64,000 nt of DNA, taken from Macrostomum lignano (lineage: Eukaryota). The notes under the pieces were generated by a model. That model did not search any database. It saw only the letters and a list, made by a program, of their open reading frames with translations, and was not told where the DNA came from. Shown one piece after another: positions 37,146 to 48,110 of the stretch. A program made the translations under genes and the position numbers. Numbering within the stretch: the first letter of the stretch is position 1; the number at the start of each line of letters is the position of its first letter. Where the stretch lies: the NCBI GenBank assembly GCA_002269645.1, contig NIVC01000769.1, forward strand, positions 248,001 through 312,000, written 5' to 3'.

Positions 37146-38000
37146 ACCTATCATAGACCCAGCTCGCCGCACTGCCGCTCCGCAGGTGTGCCCGCTGTCA
37201 GCCAGGGGGCTCCGTCGTGCCGCTCTGCCTCTTCGCCTCTGTTTTCAACGCGAGCGGAAACTCGGTGGCGGGTATTGAGCTATAAACCTATTTATAAGAT
37301 TTACAAGTATTTTTTATACTATTTTTTGATTGTTTGACGGCAAACAGTTTTGTTTAAAATACCTCAATTTTCGTGAATTTAACTTTTCAACTTTTTTACC
37401 CGCAATCATTTTGATCTAACAGTTTAATTGATATAGTGAAATAATTCAATTTGATTCATTCATTCAAAGTTTTTCTGTTTTTTTGATAGATTTTTTCCTA
37501 AGTTTGATTATTTTTTGATTGCAGCATTTAAAATTAGATAAAAATTGACAAAAAATTGGTGCTTTCGTCTCGAGTTAACTTATTTCTACGATTTACTCCT
37601 TGAGCAACTTGTCTACGACTTTTTAGATTAATATTATTCTACTCATACTGCTGATTAATACGATAGTTCATTGTTTAAACATTTCTAGACTATGCACTGG
37701 TTTTATTGTATTAAATTAATTTTTGTCAAATACAATCCCAGTCCTTGGCAAAACTTGTTTCTATTCAACTTCTCCATGGTGACAAAATGTTTGTTTTGCA
37801 TTAGTTGATTACTTAAAGTAGTAAGTATTGAGGCTTTATGTGGTGATTGACCTAAAAAGCCGGGCCGTTTAGGGACTGCATAGCTCTGTTTCCATTAGCA
37901 CAGAAAACTTCCCCGAACTTATTTGATTGCTTCTAGAGGATATGCCTCGCAGTGGAATAATACTAATGTGCTTTTCTCAGCCATTGCTTCAGAATTAGCA

Positions 38001-38210
38001 CTTGATTGCACCATAGTTGGGACTTGATTGCACCATAGTTGGGACTTGATTGCACCATAGTTGGGACTTAACTGCACCATAATTGGGACTTGATTGCGCC
38101 ATAGTTGGGACTTAACTGCACCATAATTGGGACTTGATTGCATCAGAGTTGAGATTTGATTGCATCAGAGTTGGGATTTGATTGCATCAGAGTTGGGACT
38201 TGATTGCACC
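38001..38210. repeat. 22-bp minisatellite (cttgattgcaccatagttggga), about 9 copies
   Basis: Directly visible. Confidence 0.92.
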
Positions 38211-38232
38211 AGTCTATATAATCCCTTCGCAG

Positions 38233-40003
38233 CCGGACGAGCTGCTGGCTGACTTCCTGTCCGGTTGCGTGGATTTCCCGCCGGCTGACGCGGACGTGGC
38301 TCCGCTGGTGCTGTACGAATTCGGCCGCCTAATGGACCGATTCGCCTCGACGGAACTTCGGCCGGATGAAGCGGAGAATCTGGCCGCCGATTGCCGCTCT
38401 ATGCAGGAGCTGGCCTGGCACCGGCTGCATACCGGCCACTGGAAGGACGTGCCGGTGTTCTGGCGCCGGCTCTACGCCCGCCTGGCTTTCATTGTCGTCT
38501 GGCTTGGCCAGCAGCAGCGCCAAGCTGCCGACAGTCAGGTCGGTGACGAGCGCCTGCACGAACTACTGGCCGTCTGCGACCGCGGCCTGCTGCTCGGACA
38601 CCCGCTGGCCCAGCTGGCCGGCCTGGCCGATCGGCTGCACGCACGGCTCCCCGCTGTGCCTGCCTGCCCGCCCTGCCGCTGCTGTCCGCTGGCTGAAGCC
38701 ACTCGCGACTGGCCCGCTGCGTCCGCCGGGCCGGCCCGCGGTCGCACGGTCGTCCGGCTGACTCGGCCGTCCTTAGAAGAGTTCGGCCGCCTTAAAGAGC
38801 CAGTCATTGTATGCGGCGTCATGGACCACTGGCCGGCTATGCAGCGCTGGGACTGGCGGTACCTGCTGGACAGATGGGGCCACCGAACTGTGCCTGTGAG
38901 ATAGCACACGATTTACGATAGCAAATTCTTAGTAACACATTCCTAATAGCATATTCCCAATAACACATTCCCAGTAACACATTCCCAATAACACATTTCC
39001 AAAAGAAAATTCCCGATGGCACATTCCCGATGGCACATTCCCGATAGCACATTCCCGATGGCACATTCCCGATGGCACATTCCCGATGGCACATTCCCGA
39101 TGGCACATTCCCGATAGCACATTCCCGATGGCACATTCCCGATGGCACATTCTCGATGGCACATTCCCGATAGCACATTCCCGATGGCACATTCCCGATA
39201 GCACATTCCCGATGGCACATTCCCGATGGCATATTCCCGATGGCACATTCCCGGTGTCACATTCCCGATGGCACATTCTCGATGGCACATTCTCGATGGC
39301 ACATTCTTGATGGCACATTCCCGATAGCACATTCCCGATGGCACATTCCCGATGGCACATTCTCGATGGCACATTCCCGATAGCATATCCAGATAGTAGA
39401 TTCCAATTCACTCTAACCGCCTTCATCAAGATCGAGATCGGTTCCCGCTACACAGACGACGACTGGGGCCAGCAGCTGATGCCGCTCAGCGAATTTTTTA
39501 GCCGCTTCGTGGCGCCCCGATGCGCCGCTGCCGCCGACTCCGGTCCCAAGGCCTGCGAGCGGCTGCCCTGTGGCTACCTGGCGCAGCACGGCCTGCTGGA
39601 CCAGCTGCCCGACCTGGCCAGCGACACGGACGTGCCCGACTACTGCTGCCTAGGCGACGGCGAGCCCGACGTCAACTGCTGGTTCGGTCCGCCGCACACC
39701 GTGTCGCCCTGTCACCAAGATCCCAAACCGAATCTGCTCTGCCAGGTGCGCGGATTCAAAGCTGTCCGCCTTTACCCGGCGGAGCAGTCGGACCGGCTCT
39801 ACCCGGTTGGCGGCGGGCACCTCCTGGCCGGCACCAGCCGCATCGATGTGGAGCGGCCCGACCTGGCCGAGTTTCCCCTGTTCGACGGAGCTGACGAACT
39901 GCTGGCGCTGCTCGGGCCAGGCGAGGCGCTGTTCATCCCGGCCGGCTGGTGGCACCACGTGCGCAGCCTGTCCTGCAGCCTGAGCGTCAGCTTCTGGTTT
40001 TAA
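38233..40003 (+). CDS. JMJD5: JmjC-domain hydroxylase JMJD5/KDM8; exons 38233(?)-38895 and 39431-40003; start codon not located
   Basis: WHRLHTGHWKDV..WRRLY, RPSLEEF, EPVIVCGVMDHWPA, GHRTVP|IEIGSRYTDDDW, GYLAQH.LLDQ.P.L, WFGP..TVSPCHQDP, WWHHVRSL..S.SVSFWF; HxD...H iron triad intact. Confidence 0.93.
38930..39390. repeat. 14-bp minisatellite (cattcccgatggca) filling the JMJD5 intron
   Basis: Directly visible between donor 38896 and acceptor 39430. Confidence 0.95.
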
Positions 40004-40064
40004 GTTGGACCTGCAGCTCTGGCTTGCGATAGCTTCTGACCAACCCGGCAGTTGTGTGGGTTGG

Positions 40065-40228
40065 ATTGGAGTACAGTAGAGTAGAATGGAGTACAGTAGG
40101 GTAGAATGGAGTACAGTAGGGTAGATTGGAGTACAGTAGGGTAGATTGGAGTACAGTAGGGTAGATTGGAGTACAGTAGGGTAGATTGGAGTACAGTAGG
40201 GTAGATTGGAGTACAGTAGGGTAGATTA
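40065..40228. repeat. 20-bp minisatellite (agtacagtagggtagattgg), about 8 copies
   Basis: Directly visible. Confidence 0.93.
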
Positions 40229-41222
40229 TAGTACTAGTTCGTGAACCATTTAAGTGTACGATTTGGCATTTTCTGTGCTTTCTTTAGGTTTCCTTACTTT
40301 TCTAATCCATGTCTAATAAGTTTGAGAATAATTCAGACTGATTTAGAAACCGTTGGGTTGAGTCGCAATGAAAATGATGATCACTGCTTGCTAATAATGC
40401 TTTAAGCTTAATTTTTTGCCTGTAAAACCGGATGTTTGGCTGGGTGTTTAAATGTAAGTTAACCAACAAGTACGAGTAAATTCTGAGCTTACTGACTGTA
40501 GCAGTGAAAATTAATGTACATGTACAAGAATATGTTTGGTTTGCCATGATGTAAAACACTGCTTTTTATATTGTATCTATTGCTAATAGTAAAATGTTAT
40601 TATGTAAGTCCGAAACCTTCTGGCTTAGCGTGATAATTATGGGCATTTAGAGCCGGGCCCGTAAAAAAGTGGATTGCTTAGCAACTTTATCAGTCATTGT
40701 TGAACTTCCTCTGAAGCTTGAGTACATAACACTCGAGAAATCCAAAAGGATTATTTTCGAAAGAATCACTAATCCACAGCAATACGCAGTAAGTCTTAGA
40801 TGATGAAAGAAATACGGCGACCATGTAGATGTCCATGAAGATGTGTAAGTTCCAAGCCTGCCGGACCAATTTCCAGGCTGCTCTGTCTGTCAGAACTTCC
40901 AGCGCTTCATTGCTCGAGGAAGTTGAAAGCTACGCTCGTAATTGCTTGATTGCTTTAAGTGGTTAACAGAAACTTCTAAGTTTGCGTACTCAATTTTTGG
41001 AAACCAACTAGAGACTGGATCAGTTGCATCCACTGGAATCCACCGTGGTGACTCACTTGTACTGAGCGCCTTCCAGAGAGTCTAATGAATTCGGTAAAAA
41101 TACTGTCGTAAATTTGCTGCCATACTCAAATGACAACCTACCAGACCACTAGGTTGCAAGGCTTTGATAAGCGTGAATCCATTGTGTGCTCGGTTGCACA
41201 GCGCAATGCTAGCACTGTTATC

Positions 41223-41514
41223 CAGGGGCGTCGCCATGGATTTTATGGTGGGGGGGGCCAAAGCCAAGAATTTTGCATGTACGTGTAAATTACCAAATTC
41301 CTGCATGTACATTATTTTGAGAATCGGTGTTGTCAGCATTTATTTTGGCGCCGCAGACACTCATTTTAGCGCAGCAGGCACTCGTTTTGGTGCCACATGT
41401 GCTATATTTTTGCACCCTGAAAAAAATTATTGATTTTCACAAGGGGTCACAAGGCTGCCATAGCTTTTACTGGGGGGGGGGGACATGTCCCCCCAGTACG
41501 TGGCGACGCCCCTG
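41223..41514. mobile_element. 292-bp non-autonomous hAT-type MITE
   Basis: Perfect 14-bp TIRs caggggcgtcgcca / tggcgacgcccctg; exact 8-bp TSD ctgttatc at 41215-41222 and 41515-41522. Confidence 0.92.
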
Positions 41515-42454
41515 CTGTTATCGATGACGACATCCAACCGACTACTTGGATAAAATCAGTCGGAGAAAGCTCACTTTATTAACACATCTATTTTGCTTGA
41601 TCGCGGCAAAGGCGCATCGGTTATAACACTCATTGTACACTCATTGCCGATCCAATGGAAGGATCGGACAGCGAAAGCGCCGCTCTGGTAAATCACTTCC
41701 AATTCGGGAGCGATTTCTATTGTCTATGGTCGAACCCCGTTTCTCAAGACTGATGCTCATGGTGTGTTGTGATCACGAAAAAACTGGCTTAATAGTTTGA
41801 CGTTGGTGTGAGCGAACCTCAAGGCTGAAGGTGATTTTACTTTCTATCAGTCAGAAAGCTGATCGGTTTTCCCTGAAACAATCTTAATGTTCAGGGCTAA
41901 CAAAACATTGACACAGCCTCGAAAAATGCGCGAGATTTTTTTGCTGAGAGTCAATATTTAGTAACAAAACTGTTTCTCTACACTTAATTGCATCCCAGCA
42001 GGATTGGAAAATCTAAGCGCATGGTGTCACGGATTGCAAATATTACAATTTTAATAACCTCGCGCGTCAGAAGAGGAGGAGTTTTGTTGAGTTGGAGTGC
42101 GACCTGCAGCAACAGGACTTCTTAAGTAAAAGAGTGCAACGTCCTACCTACTAGCTAGTGGTCCCTGACTTGCAGGCGGAAATTATCGTTCAGAGTTTAT
42201 GGAAAGTGGGCGCTCAGCAAACAAAAGTTTTCGTGCCGCGTGGGTGCGGAAGCAGTCCCGAATTTTCATTTCCTGCGTCAGTCCACCACCTAGAAGAAGA
42301 TGGGCCAAGAATTCCAGCCTGCCAAATATCCTGTTCAACAATCTCTTTAGAAACTATATATACAGGTGCGTTTCTGATCGGAATTGTCTTGCATTGTCCA
42401 TTCTGAGCGACTTCTGATCCCAGACTCCGGTTCTACGCAAGCAATTCGACGGCG

Positions 42455-44286
42455 ATGGCTTTTGTGTTCGGTAAGTATAAACTGGCTGATAGACTGAACC
42501 ACCTCCTCTTCATCTGCCCTAACAGCGCTCAAACCGAAACTTGTCCGCAGCTCTCATTTGGGCTTTGGTTGCCACGTCAACCATGGCCAGCGGCGAGCTG
42601 GTGACCCTGACGGCCGAGCAGAAACAGGCCATTCTGGACGCGCACAACGTGCTGAGGGCCCGGACTGCGATGGGTCTCGTCGGGAACCAGCCGAAGGCTG
42701 CCAACATGCCAGCTCTGGTGAGTGCCGCTTCCCTCCCTCGCTAGGCTGTTCTCCTCGGGGCAGCGCAGCTCAGCGGTAAACGCGTCTGAAACTTGGCGTC
42801 ACGAACTCTGGTTCAATGCCGTGCAAGCTGGGGCTTGTCCACTAAAATTGGAGGGGGGGTTATCGTGCGGTTTGCACCAATCAGGGCCAACCTTTAAGGC
42901 TCAGAGTGTACATGCCTGACTATTTGCAAGTCCGAGGACGCTGTGCACCCTGGGTGAGCGTGTGTAAGAGTGCGTGCCTGCCCACAGTATTGACGCGCTT
43001 AGCCTAGCGGTGTGACAGAATTGTCCAGAAGCCCTCCCGCAAATATTATTATTATCTAGCTATTCCTCTGCTATCATTACCAGCCCTGGTGGGTGCAACC
43101 AGCTGCTATCGCTAATCACCTTCCTTTCTCCTTCGCAGGAGTGGGACGACCGCCTGATGGACAGCGCCAACAACTGGGTGAAGCAGTGCGTGGCCGGACA
43201 TGACAGCGGATCCGACCAAGCCCTGACCGGATATAGCTGGGTTGGCCAGAACTGGGCCGGCGGATACAGCGGCAACTTCAGCTAGTGCGTCTTGTGCAAT
43301 ATTGCAAGAATACGTTGTCAGATTATGATTTCCAGAATTGAGCACTTGTATGCTAACTCACTTTGCTCACCGTTACAGCTACGTTGACTTGTGGTTCCGC
43401 GAGTACAAGGATTACACCTTCGCTACTAAGTCTTGCTCGGCAGTGTGCGGCCATTACACCCAGGTCGTGTGGGCCAAGACCACATTGGTTGGCTGCGGCG
43501 TCTCCAGGTGCAGCAACTACCCGTACACCATTGTGTGCAACTACGCCACAGGCGGCAACTACAATGGTGAATATCCATACGTGAGCGGCGACGATGCCAG
43601 CCAGTGCAACGGCGAATACGTGTTCAAGCAGCGCGGCCTCTGCATGCGCAAGGACCAGTGCAACTCCGGCGACTGCACCTGCAGCATCTCGAGCTGCTTG
43701 AACGGCGGCGTTTTGGACTCCGCCAACTGCAAGTGCACCTGCCCGGACGGCTTCTACGGAAACAAATGCGAGAGTGAGTTGCCGTAGAATCTAGGAGCTA
43801 AGCCTCTGGGGGAACGGAGTGGCTCGGCTGATGTGCCAAAGGTTCGATGCTCAGCCGTTGGCTTGTGCATAAGCTGTGTGTACATGCCTGACCATGTGAA
43901 CGTCAGGGCCGCTGTATACTCTGTGTGAGTGCGTGCCTGCGTACGTATGCGCGTGCTCAGGGCATGATTGCCTGCTTCCTCGCTGGCTGCGGCTCCACTG
44001 TCGTCTTGATCTGCGGCAGCGTCTAAAACTATGGCCCTTACTAAAAAACTTATTGAGCTCATGGTGAAATGACTGACAACCCCCAACCCTGTCCTGCCCC
44101 CGCAACTTTGCAGAGCCGTGCGTCGACTCCACCCTTGCTAGCGACTACTGCAGCTACAGCACCATCTGCAGCTACAGCAGCTACGCGCCCAGGTGCCCCA
44201 AGAAGTGCAACCTGTGCAAGCCGGTCACGCTGCGCGATCTCAACGTGGTGAACAGGGACAACGTGAAGAGCCGATCGCCCATGTGA
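42455..44286 (+). CDS. Secreted CAP/SCP (venom-allergen-like) protein with an EGF-like and a ShKT-like domain; exons 42455-42470, 42551-42717, 43139-43284, 43379-43773, 44114-44286
   Basis: Signal-like MAFVFALIWALVATSTMA; HNVLRA, WDDRL, GHYTQVVWAKT and IVCNY CAP motifs; CLNGG..C.C..GFYGNKCE (EGF); C..C..C..CPKKCNLC (ShKT); splice phases are consistent. Confidence 0.9.
42757..43057 (+). mobile_element. Near full-length SINE family A copy in intron 2 of the CAP gene
   Basis: A-box-like AGCTCAGCGG, B-box-like GGTTCAATGCC (42810-42820), shared body gagtgtacatgcctgac, (att)n tail near 43045-43055. Confidence 0.8.
43860..43990 (+). mobile_element. SINE family A fragment in intron 4 of the CAP gene (weaker fragments at 44925-44990, 46255-46315, 54120-54225)
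   Basis: gtgtacatgcctgacc...gtcagggccgctgtatactctgtgtgag matches the body of the 4390-4759 copy. Confidence 0.7.
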
Positions 44287-46452
44287 ACGGACACCAAACT
44301 GCCGGATTGAACTCTCTCAATGCTAGCCTTCCAATACTGGTGGTGGTGTAGAATTCTGAGTTGGCGATGCTGACTGGTTGGTTGAAATAAATCTGCTTTG
44401 AGTCTAAGTCTGCCTAAACTCTAAATACTTCCTATTTGTTTTGGTTATTTTAGCCAGCATAAAATTCAATACTCCAAGCTTTAAGAACTCGGGATAGAAG
44501 TACCGAAAAAAGAGATTTCAATAGATTTCTCTTCTTGCTAGCATACAAGTCAGCAATGTGAGACTAAATGATTGTTAGAAACTACAATCACATGATACAT
44601 ACGGACAACTTCTTTCTTGTATTGCGGATTGTGGGGTTGAAAATGTTGATGCCAAATTAGTCTGAAAATTGACCTGGCAGCAGTGCAGTGAGCACACAAC
44701 GATGTTTTCTCTCTTTACGCCTGTTCATCTCCCTCAGCTGCAGTGGGTGATAATAGGGAAATGCGGGTCTTTGTGAACTCATGTGGGCTGAGATTTTCAA
44801 TGACGCCACAGCCTTTGCTGAACAAGCTCTGAATTGAGTGGCTGACACCCCTTTTTAGTCAGTCTTAGTGAGCCTGGCAACCTCTACTAGCCAGCGAGGA
44901 GGCAAGCAGCCGTGCCATCCCGCTAACCCCTGCGCACACGGATCTGTGCGCACAGGGTGTACACCCGTCTGACCTCATGGTCTCATATACTGATTCAATG
45001 ACCAAACCGAGGGCGAGTCAGTCTGGCAATGCTGAGCGTAGCTAAACGAGAACACGTGGTGTCTCAAAAGCTGACAGATCGTTGAGTGGTAAAGATAAGA
45101 ACGTGAGCCTGATGCCTGACACGAAGCGAAACATGTCGCTTACCAAAAAGTGATAGCGCTCAAATTCTTATTTTCACTATTCATCAAGGGCGCAACTTTA
45201 CCGCAATATTGCTTTGAAATGGTAAAGAGCATTCTAGCCTCACTGTTGTGTAGTGCGTCTATCAGGTTCTGCGGACACACCTTCCGCCAATCTGGCACAG
45301 AACTAGATTGCCTGTTGAGGCTCTTATCACCGCTAAGAAGCTTGAAAAGCCTTCAGTTCTACGTGTGAACAGCCAAGGAGATCTTGAATTAGAATCTGGA
45401 GTGACAACTTTTCCTCATTATCCGACAAATAGAGGCAAATTTTGGCATTTTCTTGTAGAAACGCGAGGAGTTGCTACTCTAGATTCTTGTTGACGGCCTC
45501 CTCGGACCAGCTGGAATGAGTCAGGCCGGCCGTGGGCCTCACAGATAAGGAAGACCAGATTACGCCGCTTCTCTGGCTGTTATGCCCCCCGCTGCAGCCA
45601 ATATAAGCGGTGCAGCGAGCGGAGTTCACAATAGCGCACCCGACCAGTGTTTCAGTTTCTCAGCATTTCCGCGGCGCTGCCCAACCGATTTAAAGCGACC
45701 AAGGCAAGCTTATAAAGCAGTTGTTTTCACTAGCTTCAAACAGGTACGAGGCGAGTTGATTGATTCTCTGAATGAGGTCATGAGTGAGTTAATCAGTGAG
45801 TTCATGAGTTCATGGGTGAGCTCGTGAGTTCAAATAATGAGCCAAGGTGTGTTCGATGTAATTAGTAGGAGGAGAGCAAATCGTGGCTAAGAATTTTGAA
45901 AGATGAATACGTAAAACTAATCACGTCCAAGTCTCTCCTATATTTTAAGTAGATGGGAGAACAGATATATATCCTCATTTTATTTACTTCGCTCCCATTG
46001 GCTGTGACAATAGGCGGAATAGCATCCATTTAAACCTAGGGCTCACGCCAAGGACTACCAATTAATGGTCCTCGAAGGGGATATTCAAAAGTCAACTCTA
46101 ATAACACAGTCAGTTGAGTACATTGGGATGTACACCAAAGACATTCAGAATCAATGTAGGAGCTTACACACCATTCTTGCCTGCAACCGTCTTGTGCGCA
46201 ACTCTAGCTTTGAAGAGCTCGCCTCCACATGCAGCCACGTTAATTTTGCCGAGAGGTGCAGCCTATGTGAGTGCCGTGAGCGTGTGTACTCAGGGGTCAG
46301 CGGATCGGGCATGACTGCTCGCCTCCTCTTTGGCTGCTGGATGACTGCCGTTTTGATTTTCAGCAGCACCCAATGCTCCCTGCAAACCTGGGCTAACTAG
46401 CTAGACTCTGCCTTTATTAGAACTCCTCATTCACCCCTCAGATCCCGTCGCT

Positions 46453-47592
46453 ATGGCAGCCCCGTGCACGGTTACCATGGAGATGATCACTGAAGCGACC
46501 GACTTTGTGCGCGCCCGCTACTCGGAGCAGCCGGAGATCGGGATCGTCTGCGGCTCTGGCCTGGGTGAACTGGCCGACAGTGTCGAGGAGCCGGCTGTGC
46601 GCATCCGCTATGGCGACATCCCGCATTTCGCGCAGAGCACGGTGCACGGCCACTCCGGCGTGCTGGTGCTCGGCCGGCTGGCCGGCAGGCGGGTCTGCGT
46701 CATGCAGGGCCGGCTTCATCCCTACGAGGGCCTCACCTACCTGCAGTGCTCCTTCCCGATGCGGGTGATGGCCAAGCTGGGCGTGTCGGTGGTCATCTTG
46801 ACCAACGCGGCCGGCTCACTGCGGCCTGAGTTCCAGCCAGGCGACATCATGACCATCCGGGATCACATTAATTTTCCCGGCTTCTCCGGACGCAGCCCGT
46901 TGCAGGGCCTCAGCCCGGAGGTGTTCGGCGACCGATTTGTGCCGATGAATAATGCGTACGATAAGAAGCTGCGGGACAAGGTGAGAGGACTGCGACCCTA
47001 CGGTGATTTTTTGGGAGCCCACTTTACCGTAGCATGTTCACAGAATTCAACTGAAGGAAAGTGTTCTCAACATCGGATCCTAACGTTTGAAGGTCAAATA
47101 CTATTCACGGATAAATATGTCGCTATTATTCGTAACTTACTTAGTCGCTGTCTCTGTCTTGAGCTCTGAATCTACTACCGATGTGGGAATGACCATAAAC
47201 AACTCCATGTCAAGCATCAATTGACTGACACGGCCGCCGTGCACCGTCCCGCTTTCCCGCAGGTGGCAGCCGCAGCCGCAGCCAGCGGAGTGTCGCTCCG
47301 CACCGGCGTCTACGCTATGCTGGGCGGGCCGCACTTCGAGACTCCGGCCGAGTGCCGAATGCTGCGCAGTCTGGGCGCGGACGTGGTCGGCATGAGCACC
47401 GTGCACGAGACCATCGTGGCCAGGCAGTGCAAAGTCCGCGTCATCGGCTTCTCCATCATCACCAACGTGGTGGTTACCGACTCGGACTCGGAGCTTGACC
47501 AGACCGGCGTGCACCTGGAGGTGCTCAAGGCCAGCAAGCTGGCCGCCAATCGGCTGCAGTCCATCATCGCCCACACCATCGACCAGTTGTAG
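46453..47592 (+). CDS. PNP: Purine nucleoside phosphorylase (trimeric, mammalian type), 285 aa, exons 46453-46980 and 47263-47592
   Basis: GIVCGSGLG, YGDIPHF..STVHGHSG, MQGRLHPYEG, TNAAG, DHINFPG, GPHFETPAE, GMSTVHE, ITN, H; the Asn of ITN indicates 6-oxopurine specificity. Confidence 0.96.
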
Positions 47593-47979
47593 CCAATGCT
47601 GTTCAGAGTCCGTATTGTGGGTCAAACTGCGAATGCCCGTACGCCACTGCATGAACTGCTGAATCCCCTTCCTTAGGATGTTGGACCCGAGAGTTTGCTA
47701 GTCAGTTTTAAATGCTCCGATTTGCGAGTTCAGTCGACTTTACTTGATAAAGTCTCCCTGGTTTTGAATAAACTATAGTACAGCGATTTCTGCTACAAAA
47801 ACCAGTAAGCTGCTGCAGTTGATAAGCAGCTCGTACTGACTAAAAAATAAGAATTGGTTTTTACCTTTTTTCTATTTTATATTTCAATTCTAATAAGAAT
47901 ATGTTACAAATTTACCAACAAAGATGCCATGCGGAATTGATAAAGAATACACATTTTCTTCTCTTGTAGCTCTTCTTAG

Positions 47980-48110
47980 TTCCTCCCCTGGTGTCGCACA
48001 GCATCTCCCACCAGCTCAGTTCCTCCCCTGATGTCGCACAGCATCTCCCACCAGCTCAGTTCCTCCCCTGATGTCGCACAGCATCTCCCACCAGCTCAGT
48101 TCCTCCCCTC
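47980..48110. repeat. 40-bp tandem repeat, 3 copies, starting immediately after the RYK stop codon (3' UTR)
   Basis: Period 47980/48020/48060. Confidence 0.9.

Noticed and set aside
34988-37337. Numerous overlapping MGNRDT/MSLFPM ORFs
   Set aside because: Mixed 23/24-bp units shift frame constantly; non-coding minisatellite
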